This document shows positions 29,191-39,513 of a stretch of 64,000 bases of DNA, piece after piece. Positions within the stretch are counted from its first letter, which is position 1. Every line of letters begins with the position of its first letter. The stretch spans positions 85,281 through 149,280 of the forward strand of contig NIVC01002371.1 of assembly GCA_002269645.1 (NCBI GenBank), in the 5' to 3' direction. The position numbers and the translations under genes are program-made. The notes under the pieces are model-generated. The model made no database searches. It was not told the DNA's origin and was given only the letters and a program-made list of their open reading frames with translations. The stretch comes from Macrostomum lignano. Its lineage: Eukaryota.

Positions 29191-31332
29191 ATGAACGAGA
29201 ACGCCATTAACCAGCTGTCACTCATTGCCGATTCGCACGGCGTCTATGCCGAAGATTTCGCCGACCAGCTCATGTCGAAGTACACGTCGCTCGGTCTGAT
29301 GCTCACGGCCACCGTGCTGGCGATGCGGCAGTACATATTCAAGCCCATCCAGTGCTGGGTGCCGGCCGAGTGGCCCCGACCGTGGGAGGAGTACGCGGAG
29401 AACTACTGCTGGATTCAAAACACTTACAATCTGGCATTTAGGGAGCCCGGATTTCCCGGACTGCAGGCTAGAGAGGAGGCGGAGATCAGTGAGTCATCCT
29501 GGATGTGTTTTGGATCTGAATAGTCATATATTTCACAGACAGCTCATAGTCCACACCCTGTTACTTGCGAGAGGAGGCTACATGCGTTTGCTTTCACCTG
29601 ATTTGAACCATAGACTATGCGTTTTAATCTTCTGAGCGAGTAGGTTTTACTTCTAGGTAGAGAGGGGTTGCTATTTTGTTCTCAAGAACTTTCCAGAAAC
29701 CTAACTTTTGACAGATATCCAATAACCATAGCCCTCGTTGTGGATATATAAGCAATGAAATATTTGGAAGAACAACTCGACACTAAATTCTTGCATAGCC
29801 ATTATTTTATTTGTGTTGCTACTTAAATCAGACAACTCATTGCCCACAGTAGTATCAAGCTCTCTGGAAAAATATATACCAGCATTGCCACTTGGTTGTC
29901 TAGTTTTCCGGCCCGAGGGGCCACATGAGGCCCGCAAAAACTCTCTATCCGGCCCTTGGGTCCTTTAAAACTTCACAATAGCAACCCGGCCCGCTCAATG
30001 TTTAAATCTCTTCTCAGCGCTCTTCTCTCTAATCTCTCCTCTCTTCTTCTCTCTTCTCTCCTCTCTTCTCTTCTCTCCTCACTTCTCTCCTCTCTTCTCT
30101 CCTCTCTTCTCTCCTCTCTTCTCTCCTCTCTTCTTTCCTCTCTTCTCTTCTCTCCTCTCTTCTCTCCTCTCTTCTCTTCTCTCCTCTCTTCTCCTCTCCT
30201 TTCGTCTCCTTTCTTTTTCCTTTATCCCCTCGCCTCTCCTAGTTCTCCTATCTCCCTTCTTCCTTCTCTATTCCCTCTCCTCTCTCCCCTCCTCCCGCCC
30301 GCAGTCAGAAGCAAAAAAGAAGCGTTCTATTATAATTCCACTCTCCACTTTCCCAACCAAACCACATCTCCAGGCTACTTCCAGTGGGTTCCATTTCTGC
30401 TGTCGATTCAAGCACTCCTGGTGTTCCTGCCGCACCTGCTCTGGCGGGTGACCTCGGCGCGCAGCGGCGGAGAGCCGCATCGCATTGTGAAGCTGGCCAG
30501 CGAGCTGGCGAGCACCGGGAAACCGAAGAGGAAGCGGCGGAAAATGGCCGAATACCTGGCCAAGCAGCTGCGGAAGAGCATAGCGATTGCTGGCACAGTG
30601 ACTGGTTCCCGATTGCCTTGCTGCGGAAGCAACCGTTGCGCCTGCTGGTTGTTCGTCTCCTACATTGTGAACAAATTTGTCTACGTGCTGAATGGCCTGG
30701 GCCAACTGTACCTGATGAAGACTTACCTGGGCTACCAGGACTTACATTTCGGCTGGTCGTCAGTCAGCCACTTGTTGAACGAACGATATTGGCAGCAGAC
30801 GGGCATTTTCCCTCGGGTGACCTTCTGCGACATTCCAATCAAGCAGGTCGGGCAGTGGAACACCCGGTCGGTGCAGTGCGTCCTGCCCATGAACATGCTG
30901 AATGAGAAGATCTACATATTCCTGTGGTTCTGGATCGTGCTGTGCATGGCTCTGCAGGTTGTGTACTGCGTCTTTTGGATCGCCAGCATTGCGCCGCCAG
31001 CTCAGAGACTGAAATTTATGCGCTCTCTGGTCAGACTGGAGAGTCCTCACTCCGGCCTTGGACCGGCAGTTGACACCCCCAGCAAGCGGACTTTTATGCG
31101 CGACCATCTGCGACTCGACGGTGTCTTCATCCTGCAGATGGTGGCTGAGAAGTGCGGCAACCTGTGCGCGGCCAGAATCCTGGGGCCGATGATGCGCCAT
31201 TATGAAGAGGGTGACAGCGGCCTGTCCGAGTGCGACATCACCGAGATTACGGACTATAGGGAACGGAGCAGCAGATGCACGCTGCCGATTCGAGAGAACG
31301 GCCGGATCGACAACGGATTTCATCATCAGTAG
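29191..31332 (+). CDS. Innexin A (gap-junction protein), 2 coding exons
   Basis: Exon 1 is 29191-29488 (A|GTGAGT) and exon 2 is 30374-31332 (CTCCAG|GC). Motifs: PIQCW, YAENYCW, SYFQWVPF, FPRVTFCD, QCVLPMNMLNEKIYIFLWFW. Confidence 0.95.
30010..30300. repeat. CT-rich repeat (about CTCTTCTCTCCT) in the innexin A intron
   Basis: Direct reading. Confidence 0.9.
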
Positions 31333-31844
31333 AGTCGTTGGGGCAGCAAAGTTTAGAAATCTTTAGTTATTGTTTCATATAATGCACAGTCTTGCACAGA
31401 ATCTGTACTGTATTAAGCAAACAATAAATGCGTGGACATTACAGTGCCTGTACAGTTTGTTAGAGAACGAATACTGAAGTCTTTTTCAGCTAATTTGAGT
31501 CTTTTCCAGTTTTTTGCGCAGTTTTTCCCACTTTTTTGTTCCATACTGGCGCTGAATACTTTTTGAAAGTACATGGATATTTGAGCCGCAGGTGTTTTGT
31601 CATTTCTAATCTTTGGAGGTGCTTAAGTTGCACCCAAAGAAGTGCTTGGATTTAGTTGAAGCTCACGAACAGCAGCTGCTTCTCGGAGTTTCAGGTACTC
31701 AGGAACTGTAACAGAGCATCAAAAGTAGCAGGTGAGCAGGTTTAGGTGTTATTCCGATTGCGAATGCTGCAGGAATACTGTTTATTCAGATCATTATCCC
31801 TGCATCTGTTTTATATTTGTTGTAGAATTAGCTGCTCAAAAATA

Positions 31845-32103
31845 AAATAATAATTGGTTACACCTGCAACGATTGGGCCAGATGTGCAACCGACAGCTCA
31901 GCCGCAGCTATTGCGCGGCGCATCTGAAGGCTGCGTACGGCTGTTCAGTCCAAGGACTGGGGGGTCGCCACACACCCTAAATTACCCCAGCTAATGCTGG
32001 CACCCATTTTACGGCTGAGTGAACTCAAGCAATGCAGAGTCTTGCTCAAGGACACAGATTGTTCAGAGTCGAAGTCCGACGCTCTAACCATTAGGCTACA
32101 ACC
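31845..32103 (-). mobile_element. tRNA-derived SINE with a CORE/MIR-like central domain, between the two innexin 3' ends
   Basis: Minus strand GTAGCCTAATGGTTAGAGCGTCGGAC (A-box TAGCCTAATGG), a degenerate B-box CTTCGACTC, then TGTGTCCTTGAGCAAGAC...GTTCACTCAGCCGTAAATGGGTGCC, resembling the CORE SINE motif TGTGACCTTGGGCAAGT...TGTAAAATGGG. Confidence 0.65.
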
Positions 32104-32503
32104 CCTTCAAAAAGAAAGCAAATTCTATAAAAAGTCGAATAATAACAAAATGATATAATTATCGTGCAGATCATACAGTTGAATATTTATGATTTATACA
32201 GAAAATTTGAGCAAAAACTACCAAATACACATCGCAGCAGCTGCACACACATGCAATGCTAAGGAAATTAAACATTTTGCAACGAGTAAGTTGGCTGCTG
32301 TTTCGAATTATGGTCTCACAATCAATACTGAATCGCGTAGTAGTAACGGCAGAATTTTCAATCCTTTGAACAGCTGATCCAAAAAAACAAACAATTGGCA
32401 AAAATAGTTGAATAATCTTTTATGAAATTAGAACTATACCCGAGGGGTAAATAGCTGCTGCAGATTAAAATATAGAATTTTTAATTGAACTCCCGCTCGC
32501 ACT

Positions 32504-35500
32504 TCAATAGTCATGCTTTGCTCGTCTTTGCGTTAAGCCGTCATGCCGATCAACTGCCGACGGTCCGTCAGACCCGTCGTTCAAGTCGTGACGCTCCCCC
32601 CTGCGGTCCTCTCGCCTCTGCTCTTTGTAGCGACTGTACAGATTGAAGATGATCTCTGTGACGCACATATTCCCGGCATTGTGCTCCATCAGGTTGAGCA
32701 GGAACAGGCCGTCCAAGGACAGAAACACCCGGACAAAATCTTTCCTGAGCTGGTGCTCCTCCTCGTCCTTGGCCTTGTCAACTAGCAGGGCCAGTTTGTG
32801 CAGGTATTTCTTCACGAACTGCTGCCTAATTTTCGGCGTGAAAACCCGAACCAGCCACACAATGGTTGATATCACTGTCAGGCTGATGCAGAACACGGTC
32901 CAGAACCACAGGAAAATGTACAGCTTCTCGTTGAGAATGTTCAGCGGCAGAACGCATTGGATAGACCGGGTGTTCCACTGGCCCAGGTGTTTGATTGGAA
33001 TGTCGCAGAAGGTGACTCGCGGAAAGACCCGAGTCTGACGCCATTCCCGGCCGCGCACCAGGTCGACTGCGCAGGTCCAGCCGAAGTGCAGATCTTCAAA
33101 GCCGAGGAAACTTCGCATCATGAACAGGTGGCCCAGGGCAGCGCACAGGTGTACCAGCTTGTTGATGAGGTACAGAAAGAAAAGTGCAAAGCCGGACTTT
33201 CTGCCGTACCAGAAGCACGGAAGCATGCCGTACAGGCATTCCAGCAAGTTCTTCGCTGCCTTGGACTTGTTCTGCCAGTTTTGCCTGGCCTCGTGCAGTC
33301 CCATGGCCTCCTCAATCTCCGTCACTAGATGCAACACCAGCCGGTGGCGGCGCCGCTCGTCCAGATCCACGGATTGTTTGGCCAGTCGCACCAGGCCGTT
33401 CGGGTCGAAGCCGCTGCGCTTCGATAGGAAATTCCAGATCACGTGAGGAATGTACACCAGCAGGCACTCCAGGGCCAGCACGAACGGCACCCATTGGTAG
33501 TAGTCTGGGGGTATGGCGGTTTGCTCTGGGTTACCAACTGATACCTGCCAGTCTAATCTTCCTATTGCTTCTTCACTCGATAAAAGTAACTAGAACTCCT
33601 TTTGCAGCTGTCATATCATATTTTCATAGCAATCTGAAAAAAGCAAACTCGCCCAGTCGCTAACCGTCGCCTATTGAAACTAAACACTCTTTTTTTTCGA
33701 GTGCCCAGGGCGCGTGATCGACCAACCACCCCTACCAGTCTCGTTTTTAGCAACCAAAATAATTTGGCGGGTGCGTTTTATCTGACTGTCTTACTCCAGA
33801 GCGCTATTTATGACTATATTCTTTTTTTCTGTCTCGCAGCTTCCAAACTCGGCACACTGGCCGCTCCAAGCTATCTAAGGTATCTAAGGTTCGACCCATA
33901 CGATGAAAAATTTCATAGTCAGAGACTGCTCAAATAGGGTTCTGAGAGCACAGTCTCAACACACTGCCAGTGCTGCTACTGCTGTCGTATTTATTTGTCT
34001 TGAGACGGGGCGACCCCCAACGGCTGCTGCCTCCACCTGCTTGGCAATTGTCTGTTGAGTCTCCCGCAGCGTCCTTGCCACGCGCGTGCAAAGAGAAATG
34101 AGCAGTCTCTATGCAGCACCCATTGCTGTCTATCCTCCGCTGCGGCTAAAGGTCTTGCCTATAGTTTGGCATAGTTGTAATTCCTTCTGTCTGTTGCGCC
34201 ATACTTCTGGGGGCTGGCTGGGTGTAGCTGTCTTTTTTATACTAATCCTTTTGGACGCAGTGTACCGTTTTAACGCAATAATAAAACTAACGCAAACTAA
34301 TCTCCAACTTCGATGACACTTCATGGTCAGTATATCGCATAGACACTCTATCAGGCAGATAGACAGGCAGATAGACAGGCAGATAGACAGGCAGATGGAC
34401 AGGTAGATATACAGGCAGATAGACAGGCAGATAGACAGGCAGATAGACAGGCAGATAGACAGGTAGATAGACAGGCAGATAGACAGGTAGATAGACAGGT
34501 AGATAGACAGGCAGATAGACAGGCAGATAGACAGGCAGATAGACAGGCAGATAGACAGGCAGATAAACAGACAGATAGACAGGCAGATAGACAGGCAGAT
34601 AGACAGGCAGATAGACAGGCAGATAGACAGACAGATAGACAGGCAGATAGACAGGCAGATAGACAGGTAGATAGACAGGCAGATAGACAGGCAGATAGAC
34701 AGGTAGATAGACAGGCAGATAGACAGGTAGATAGACAGGCAGATAGACAGGTAGATATACAGGCAGATAGACAGGCAGATAGACAGGCAGATAGACAGGC
34801 AGATAGACAGGCAGATAGACAGGCAGATAGACAGGTAGATAGACAGGCAGATAGACAGGCAGATAGACAGGCAGATAGACAGGCAGATAGACAGGCAGAT
34901 AGACAGGCAGATAGACAGGCAGATAGACAGGCAGATAGACAGGCAGATAGACATGTAGATAGACAGGCAGATAGACAGGCAGATAGACAGGCAGATAGAC
35001 AGGCAGATAGACAGGCAGATAGACAGGCAGATAGACAGGCAGATAGACAGGCAGATAGACAGGCAGATAGACAGGCAGATAGACTCACTGAGCTCCAGGC
35101 TGCTCCTCTCAGTAGGCGTGGGGAAGCTGGTGTTCAGGTAGGACACGTGGTAGTTGTTCTGCACCCAGCAGTAGTTCTCAGCGTACTCTTCCCAAGGATG
35201 AGGCCACTCGGGCGGGGTGTAACACTGAATCGGCTTGAACGCAAAGTCCCGCATCACTATGATGAAGGTGGCCGTGAGCAGCAGCGAGCTGCTCCACTTG
35301 TAGTTGACTTTGTCGGCGAGGTCTTCAGCAGCAACCAAGGAGCCGATGCGAAAGCCGGCGACGTTGTTGAGTATGGTGAACACGGACTCGTTCACCCCGG
35401 CCTCTTCGGCTGCAGGATGAGTACAGAAGTGCGGGAGTGCTATTGCGTTTGACAGTACTGTAACAGTCTCCTGACAGTACTCTAACAGCCTCGTGACAGT

Positions 35501-36376
35501 ACTCTAACAGCCTCCTGACAGTACTCCAACAGCCTCCTGACAGTACTCTAACAGCCTCCTGACAGTATTCTAACAGCCTCCTGACAGTACTCTAACAGCC
35601 TCCTGACAGTACTCTAACAGCCTCGTGACAGTACTCTAACAGCCTCCTGACAGTACCCTAACAGCCTCCTGACAGTATTCTAACAGCCTCCTGACAGTAC
35701 TCTAACAGCCTCCTGACAGTACTCTAACAGCCTCGTGACAGTACTCTAACAGCCTCCTGACAGTACCCTAACAGCCTCCTGACAGTACTCCAACAGCCTC
35801 CTGACAGTACCCTAACAGCCTCCTGACAGTACTCTAACAGCCTCCTGACAGTACTCTAACAGCCTCCTGACAGTACTCTAACAGCCTCCTGACAGTACCC
35901 TAACAGCCTCCTGACAGTACTCCAACAGCCTCCTGACAGTACCCTAACAGCCTCGTGACAGTACTCTAACAGCCTCCTGACAGTACTCTAACAGCCTCCT
36001 GACAGTACTCTAACAGCCTCGTGACAGTACTCTAACAGCCTCCTGACAGTACCCTAACAGCCTCCTGACAGTACTCTAACAGCCTCCTGACAGTACTCTA
36101 ACAGCCTCCTGACAGTACTCTAACAGCCTCCTGACAGTACTCTAACAGCCTCGTGACAGTACTCTAACAGCCTCCTGACAGTACTCTAACAGCCTCCTGA
36201 CAGTACTCTAACAGCCTCCTGACAGTACTCTAACAGCCTCCTGACAGTACTCTAACAGCCTCCTGACAGTACTCTAACAGCCTCCTGACAGTACTCTAAC
36301 AGCCTCCTGACAGTACTCTAACAGCCTCCAGACAGAATGAAATTCCTGATGCAATAGACTCACAGTCGTGGCCCAT
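32504..36376 (-). CDS. Innexin B, 3 coding exons; alternative first exon at 38845-38833
   Basis: Exons 36376-36364 (ATG GGC CAC GAC T|GTGAGT), 35409-35089 (CTGCAG|CC GAA GAG...A|GTGAGT) and 33504-32504 (CCCCAG|AC TAC TAC CAA TGG); all phases match. Motifs: PIQCY, YAENYCW, YYQWVPF, FPRVTFCD, LNEKLYIFLWFW. Confidence 0.92.
34353..35082. repeat. 12-bp satellite (GGCAGATAGACA)n directly abutting the innexin B donor
   Basis: About 60 copies; on the gene strand GTGAGT is followed immediately by CTATCTGCCTGT units. Confidence 0.97.
35452..36335. repeat. 22-bp satellite (TGACAGTACTCTAACAGCCTCC), array 1
   Basis: About 40 copies in innexin B intron 1. Confidence 0.97.
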
Positions 36377-36878
36377 AGGTTTTTGGAGAAGATTAATTCA
36401 ATATATATCACAAAGCAATTGTTAAATGGTGCAAATATTCTGTTTTACTTTGGGTTTTTATGCTACGGTTGATGCATTAAACTATAACTGTAATAGCTAT
36501 ATACACGAAATTTATACGACTGCGAATGCATGTACATGACCTGTATATTTGCACAATATATGCACAGAGAGAGAAAGAGGGTTGGCAGATGAGAAAAGAA
36601 GAAAAAATTCTAACTTAGAGAAGAGAAAAACCCTAAAAGGTAAGAAAAAGCAATCGACCAAAGAAAAGCACACAATGAGCCACGCGCCACGAGTAGGTGG
36701 AGCATAAAACATCATTGTGTAGTTGGCTCATATTAATTTATATAATAGTAAACTCAGCTTCCAATAAGTATGCGCGAATAGAAGGATCATGAAGCATAAG
36801 CTGGGGAGGGAGTTGTACAAATCGCGTACTCGAGATGAGCTGCGTACAGCACTGGCATGAGGGGCAGAACGGGAGACA
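36330..36878 (-). promoter_or_regulatory. Innexin B proximal promoter/first-exon block, copy 1
   Basis: Contains the MGHD micro-exon; near-identical to 38800-39380; truncated at GGGAGACA by satellite array 2. Confidence 0.7.
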
Positions 36879-38805
36879 GCCTCCTGACAGTACTCTAACA
36901 GCCTCCTGACAGTACTCTAACAGCCTCGTGACAGTACTCTAACAGCCTCCTGACAGTACTCTAACAGCCTCCTGACAGTACCCTAACAGCCTCCTGACAG
37001 TACTACAACAGCCTCCTGACAGTACTCTAACAGCCTCCAGACAGTACTCCAACAGCCTCGTGACAGTACTCTAAAAGCCTCCTGACAGTACTCTAACAGC
37101 CTCCAGACAGTACTCCAACAGCCTCGTGACAGTACTCTAACAGCCTCCTGACAGTACTCCAACAGCCTCCTGACAGTACCCTAACAGCCTCCTGACAGTA
37201 CTACAACAGCCTCCTGACAGTACTCTAACAGCCTCCAGACAGTACTCCAACAGCCTCGTGACAGTACTCTAAAAGCCTCCTGACAGTACTCTAACAGCCT
37301 CCAGACAGTACTCCAACAGCCTCGTGACAGTATTCTAACAGCCTCCTGACAGTACTCCAACAGCCTCCTGACAGTACTCTAACAGCCTCCAGACAGTACT
37401 CCAACAGCCTCGTGACAGTACTCTAACAGCCTCCTGACAGTACTCTAACAGCCTCCAGACAGTACTCCAACAGCCTCGTGACAGTACTCTAACAGCCTCC
37501 TGACAGTACTCCAACAGCCTCCTGACAGTACTCTAACAGCCTCCAGACAGTACTCCAACAGCCTCGTGACAGTACTCTAAAAGCCTCCTGACAGTACTCT
37601 AACAGCCTCCAGACAGTACTCCAACAGCCTCGTGACAGTACTCTAACAGCCTCCTGACAGTACTCCAACAGCCTCCTGACAGTACCCTAACAGCCTCGTG
37701 ACAGTACTCTAACAGCCTCCTGACAGTACTCTAACAGCCTCGTGACAGTACTCTAACAGCCTCGTGACAGTACTCTAACAGCCTCCTGACAGTACCCTAA
37801 CAGCCTCGTGACAGTACTCTAACAGCCTCCTGACAGTACTCTAAAAGCCTCCAGACAGTACTCCAACAGCCTCGTGACAGTACTCTAACAGCCTCCTGAC
37901 AGTACTCCAACAGCCTCCTGACAGTACCCTAACAGCCTCCTGACAGTACTACAACAGCCTCCTGACAGTACTCTAACAGCCTCCAGACAGTACTCCAACA
38001 GCCTCGTGACAGTACTCTAAAAGCCTCCTGACAGTACTCTAACAGCCTCCAGACAGTACTCCAACAGCCTCGTGACAGTATTCTAACAGCCTCCTGACAG
38101 TACTCCAACAGCCTCCTGACAGTACTCTAACAGCCTCCAGACAGTACTCCAACAGCCTCGTGACAGTACTCTAACAGCCTCCTGACAGTACTCTAACAGC
38201 CTCCAGACAGTACTCCAACAGCCTCGTGACAGTACTCTAACAGCCTCCTGACAGTACTCCAACAGCCTCCTGACAGTACTCTAACAGCCTCCAGACAGTA
38301 CTCCAACAGCCTCGTGACAGTACTCTAAAAGCCTCCTGACAGTACTCTAACAGCCTCCAGACAGTACTCCAACAGCCTCGTGACAGTACTCTAACAGCCT
38401 CCTGACAGTACTCCAACAGCCTCCTGACAGTACCCTAACAGCCTCGTGACAGTACTCTAACAGCCTCCTGACAGTACTCTAACAGCCTCGTGACAGTACT
38501 CTAACAGCCTCGTGACAGTACTCTAACAGCCTCCTGACAGTACCCTAACAGCCTCGTGACAGTACTCTAACAGCCTCCTGACAGTACTCTAACAGCCTCG
38601 TGACAGTACTCTAACAGCCTCGTGACAGTACTCTAACAGCCTCGTGACAGTACTCTAACAGCCTCCTGACAGTACCCTAACAGCCTCGTGACAGTACTCT
38701 AACAGCCTCCTGACAGTACCCTAACAGCCTCGTGACAGTACTCTAACAGCCTCCTGACAGTACTCTAACAGCCTCCTGACAGTACTCTAACAGCCTCCAG
38801 ACAGA
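36877..38805. repeat. 22-bp satellite, array 2, with a 748-bp (34-mer) higher-order duplication
   Basis: Variant TACTACAA occurs at 37199 and 37947, and GTATTC at 37330 and 38078; both spacings are 748 = 34 x 22. Confidence 0.95.
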
Positions 38806-39380
38806 ATGAAATTCCTGATGCAATAGACTCACAGTCGTGACCCATAGGTTTTTGGAGAAGATTAATTCAATATATATCACAAAGCAATTGTTAATGGTGC
38901 AAATTTTCTGTTTCACTTTGGGTTTTTTTGCTACGGTTGATGCATAAAACTATAACTGTAATAGCTATATACACGAAATTTATACGGCTGCGAATGCATG
39001 TACATGACCTGTATATTTGCACAATGTATGCACAGAGAGAAAGAGAGATGGCAGATGAGAAAAGAAGAAAAATTCTTAACTTAGAGAAGAGAAAAACCCT
39101 AAAAGGTAAGAAAAAGCAAGCGACCAAAGAAAAGCACACAATGAGCCACGCGCCACGAGTAGATGGAGCATAAAACACCATTGTGTAGCTGGCTCAGAAA
39201 ATGCCTCTAGTTTGTATTTATGAGCATTATAAACATATTAATTTATATAATAGTAAACTCAGCTTCCAATAAGTATGCGCGAATAGAAGGATCATGAAGC
39301 ATAAGCTGGGGAGGAGGTTGTACAAATCGCGTACTCGAGATGAGCTGCGTACAGCACTGGCAGGGGCAGAACGGGAGACA
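38800..39380 (-). promoter_or_regulatory. Innexin B promoter/first-exon block, copy 2; also the divergent upstream region of Mab-21 gene 1
   Basis: ATG GGT CAC GAC T|GTGAGT at 38845-38827; carries a ~48-bp segment absent from copy 1; continues into unique sequence up to the ATG at 39514. Confidence 0.7.
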
Positions 39381-39513
39381 CAAGCGGGGACGAAATGGGG
39401 GATATTTAAGCGAGTGCCCGCCCACAACGAGGAGTTGGCGAGAACGCTGCGCTGCTAGGGGAGTTACAAAAGTGCACGGACTGAATCCGAAAACAACAAC
39501 ACGGCGACCCCGC

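Noticed and set aside
29956-30373. N-terminal Leu/Ser-rich extension of the 458-aa innexin ORF
   Set aside because: It is the CT-rich intron; the true upstream exon is 29191-29488.
21122-33663. Antisense and alternative-frame ORFs over DUSP12, the pseudokinase, the CYP and the innexin exons
   Set aside because: Expected shadows of GC-rich coding sequence.
35393-35395. Non-AUG (GTG) start for innexin B aligned with the Met of innexin A
   Set aside because: An in-frame upstream ATG micro-exon with a perfect GTGAGT donor exists at 36376-36364, with a second at 38845-38833.
35452-38805. CRISPR-like array
   Set aside because: Units are contiguous with no unique spacers, the context is eukaryotic and there are no cas genes; the same holds for all other arrays.
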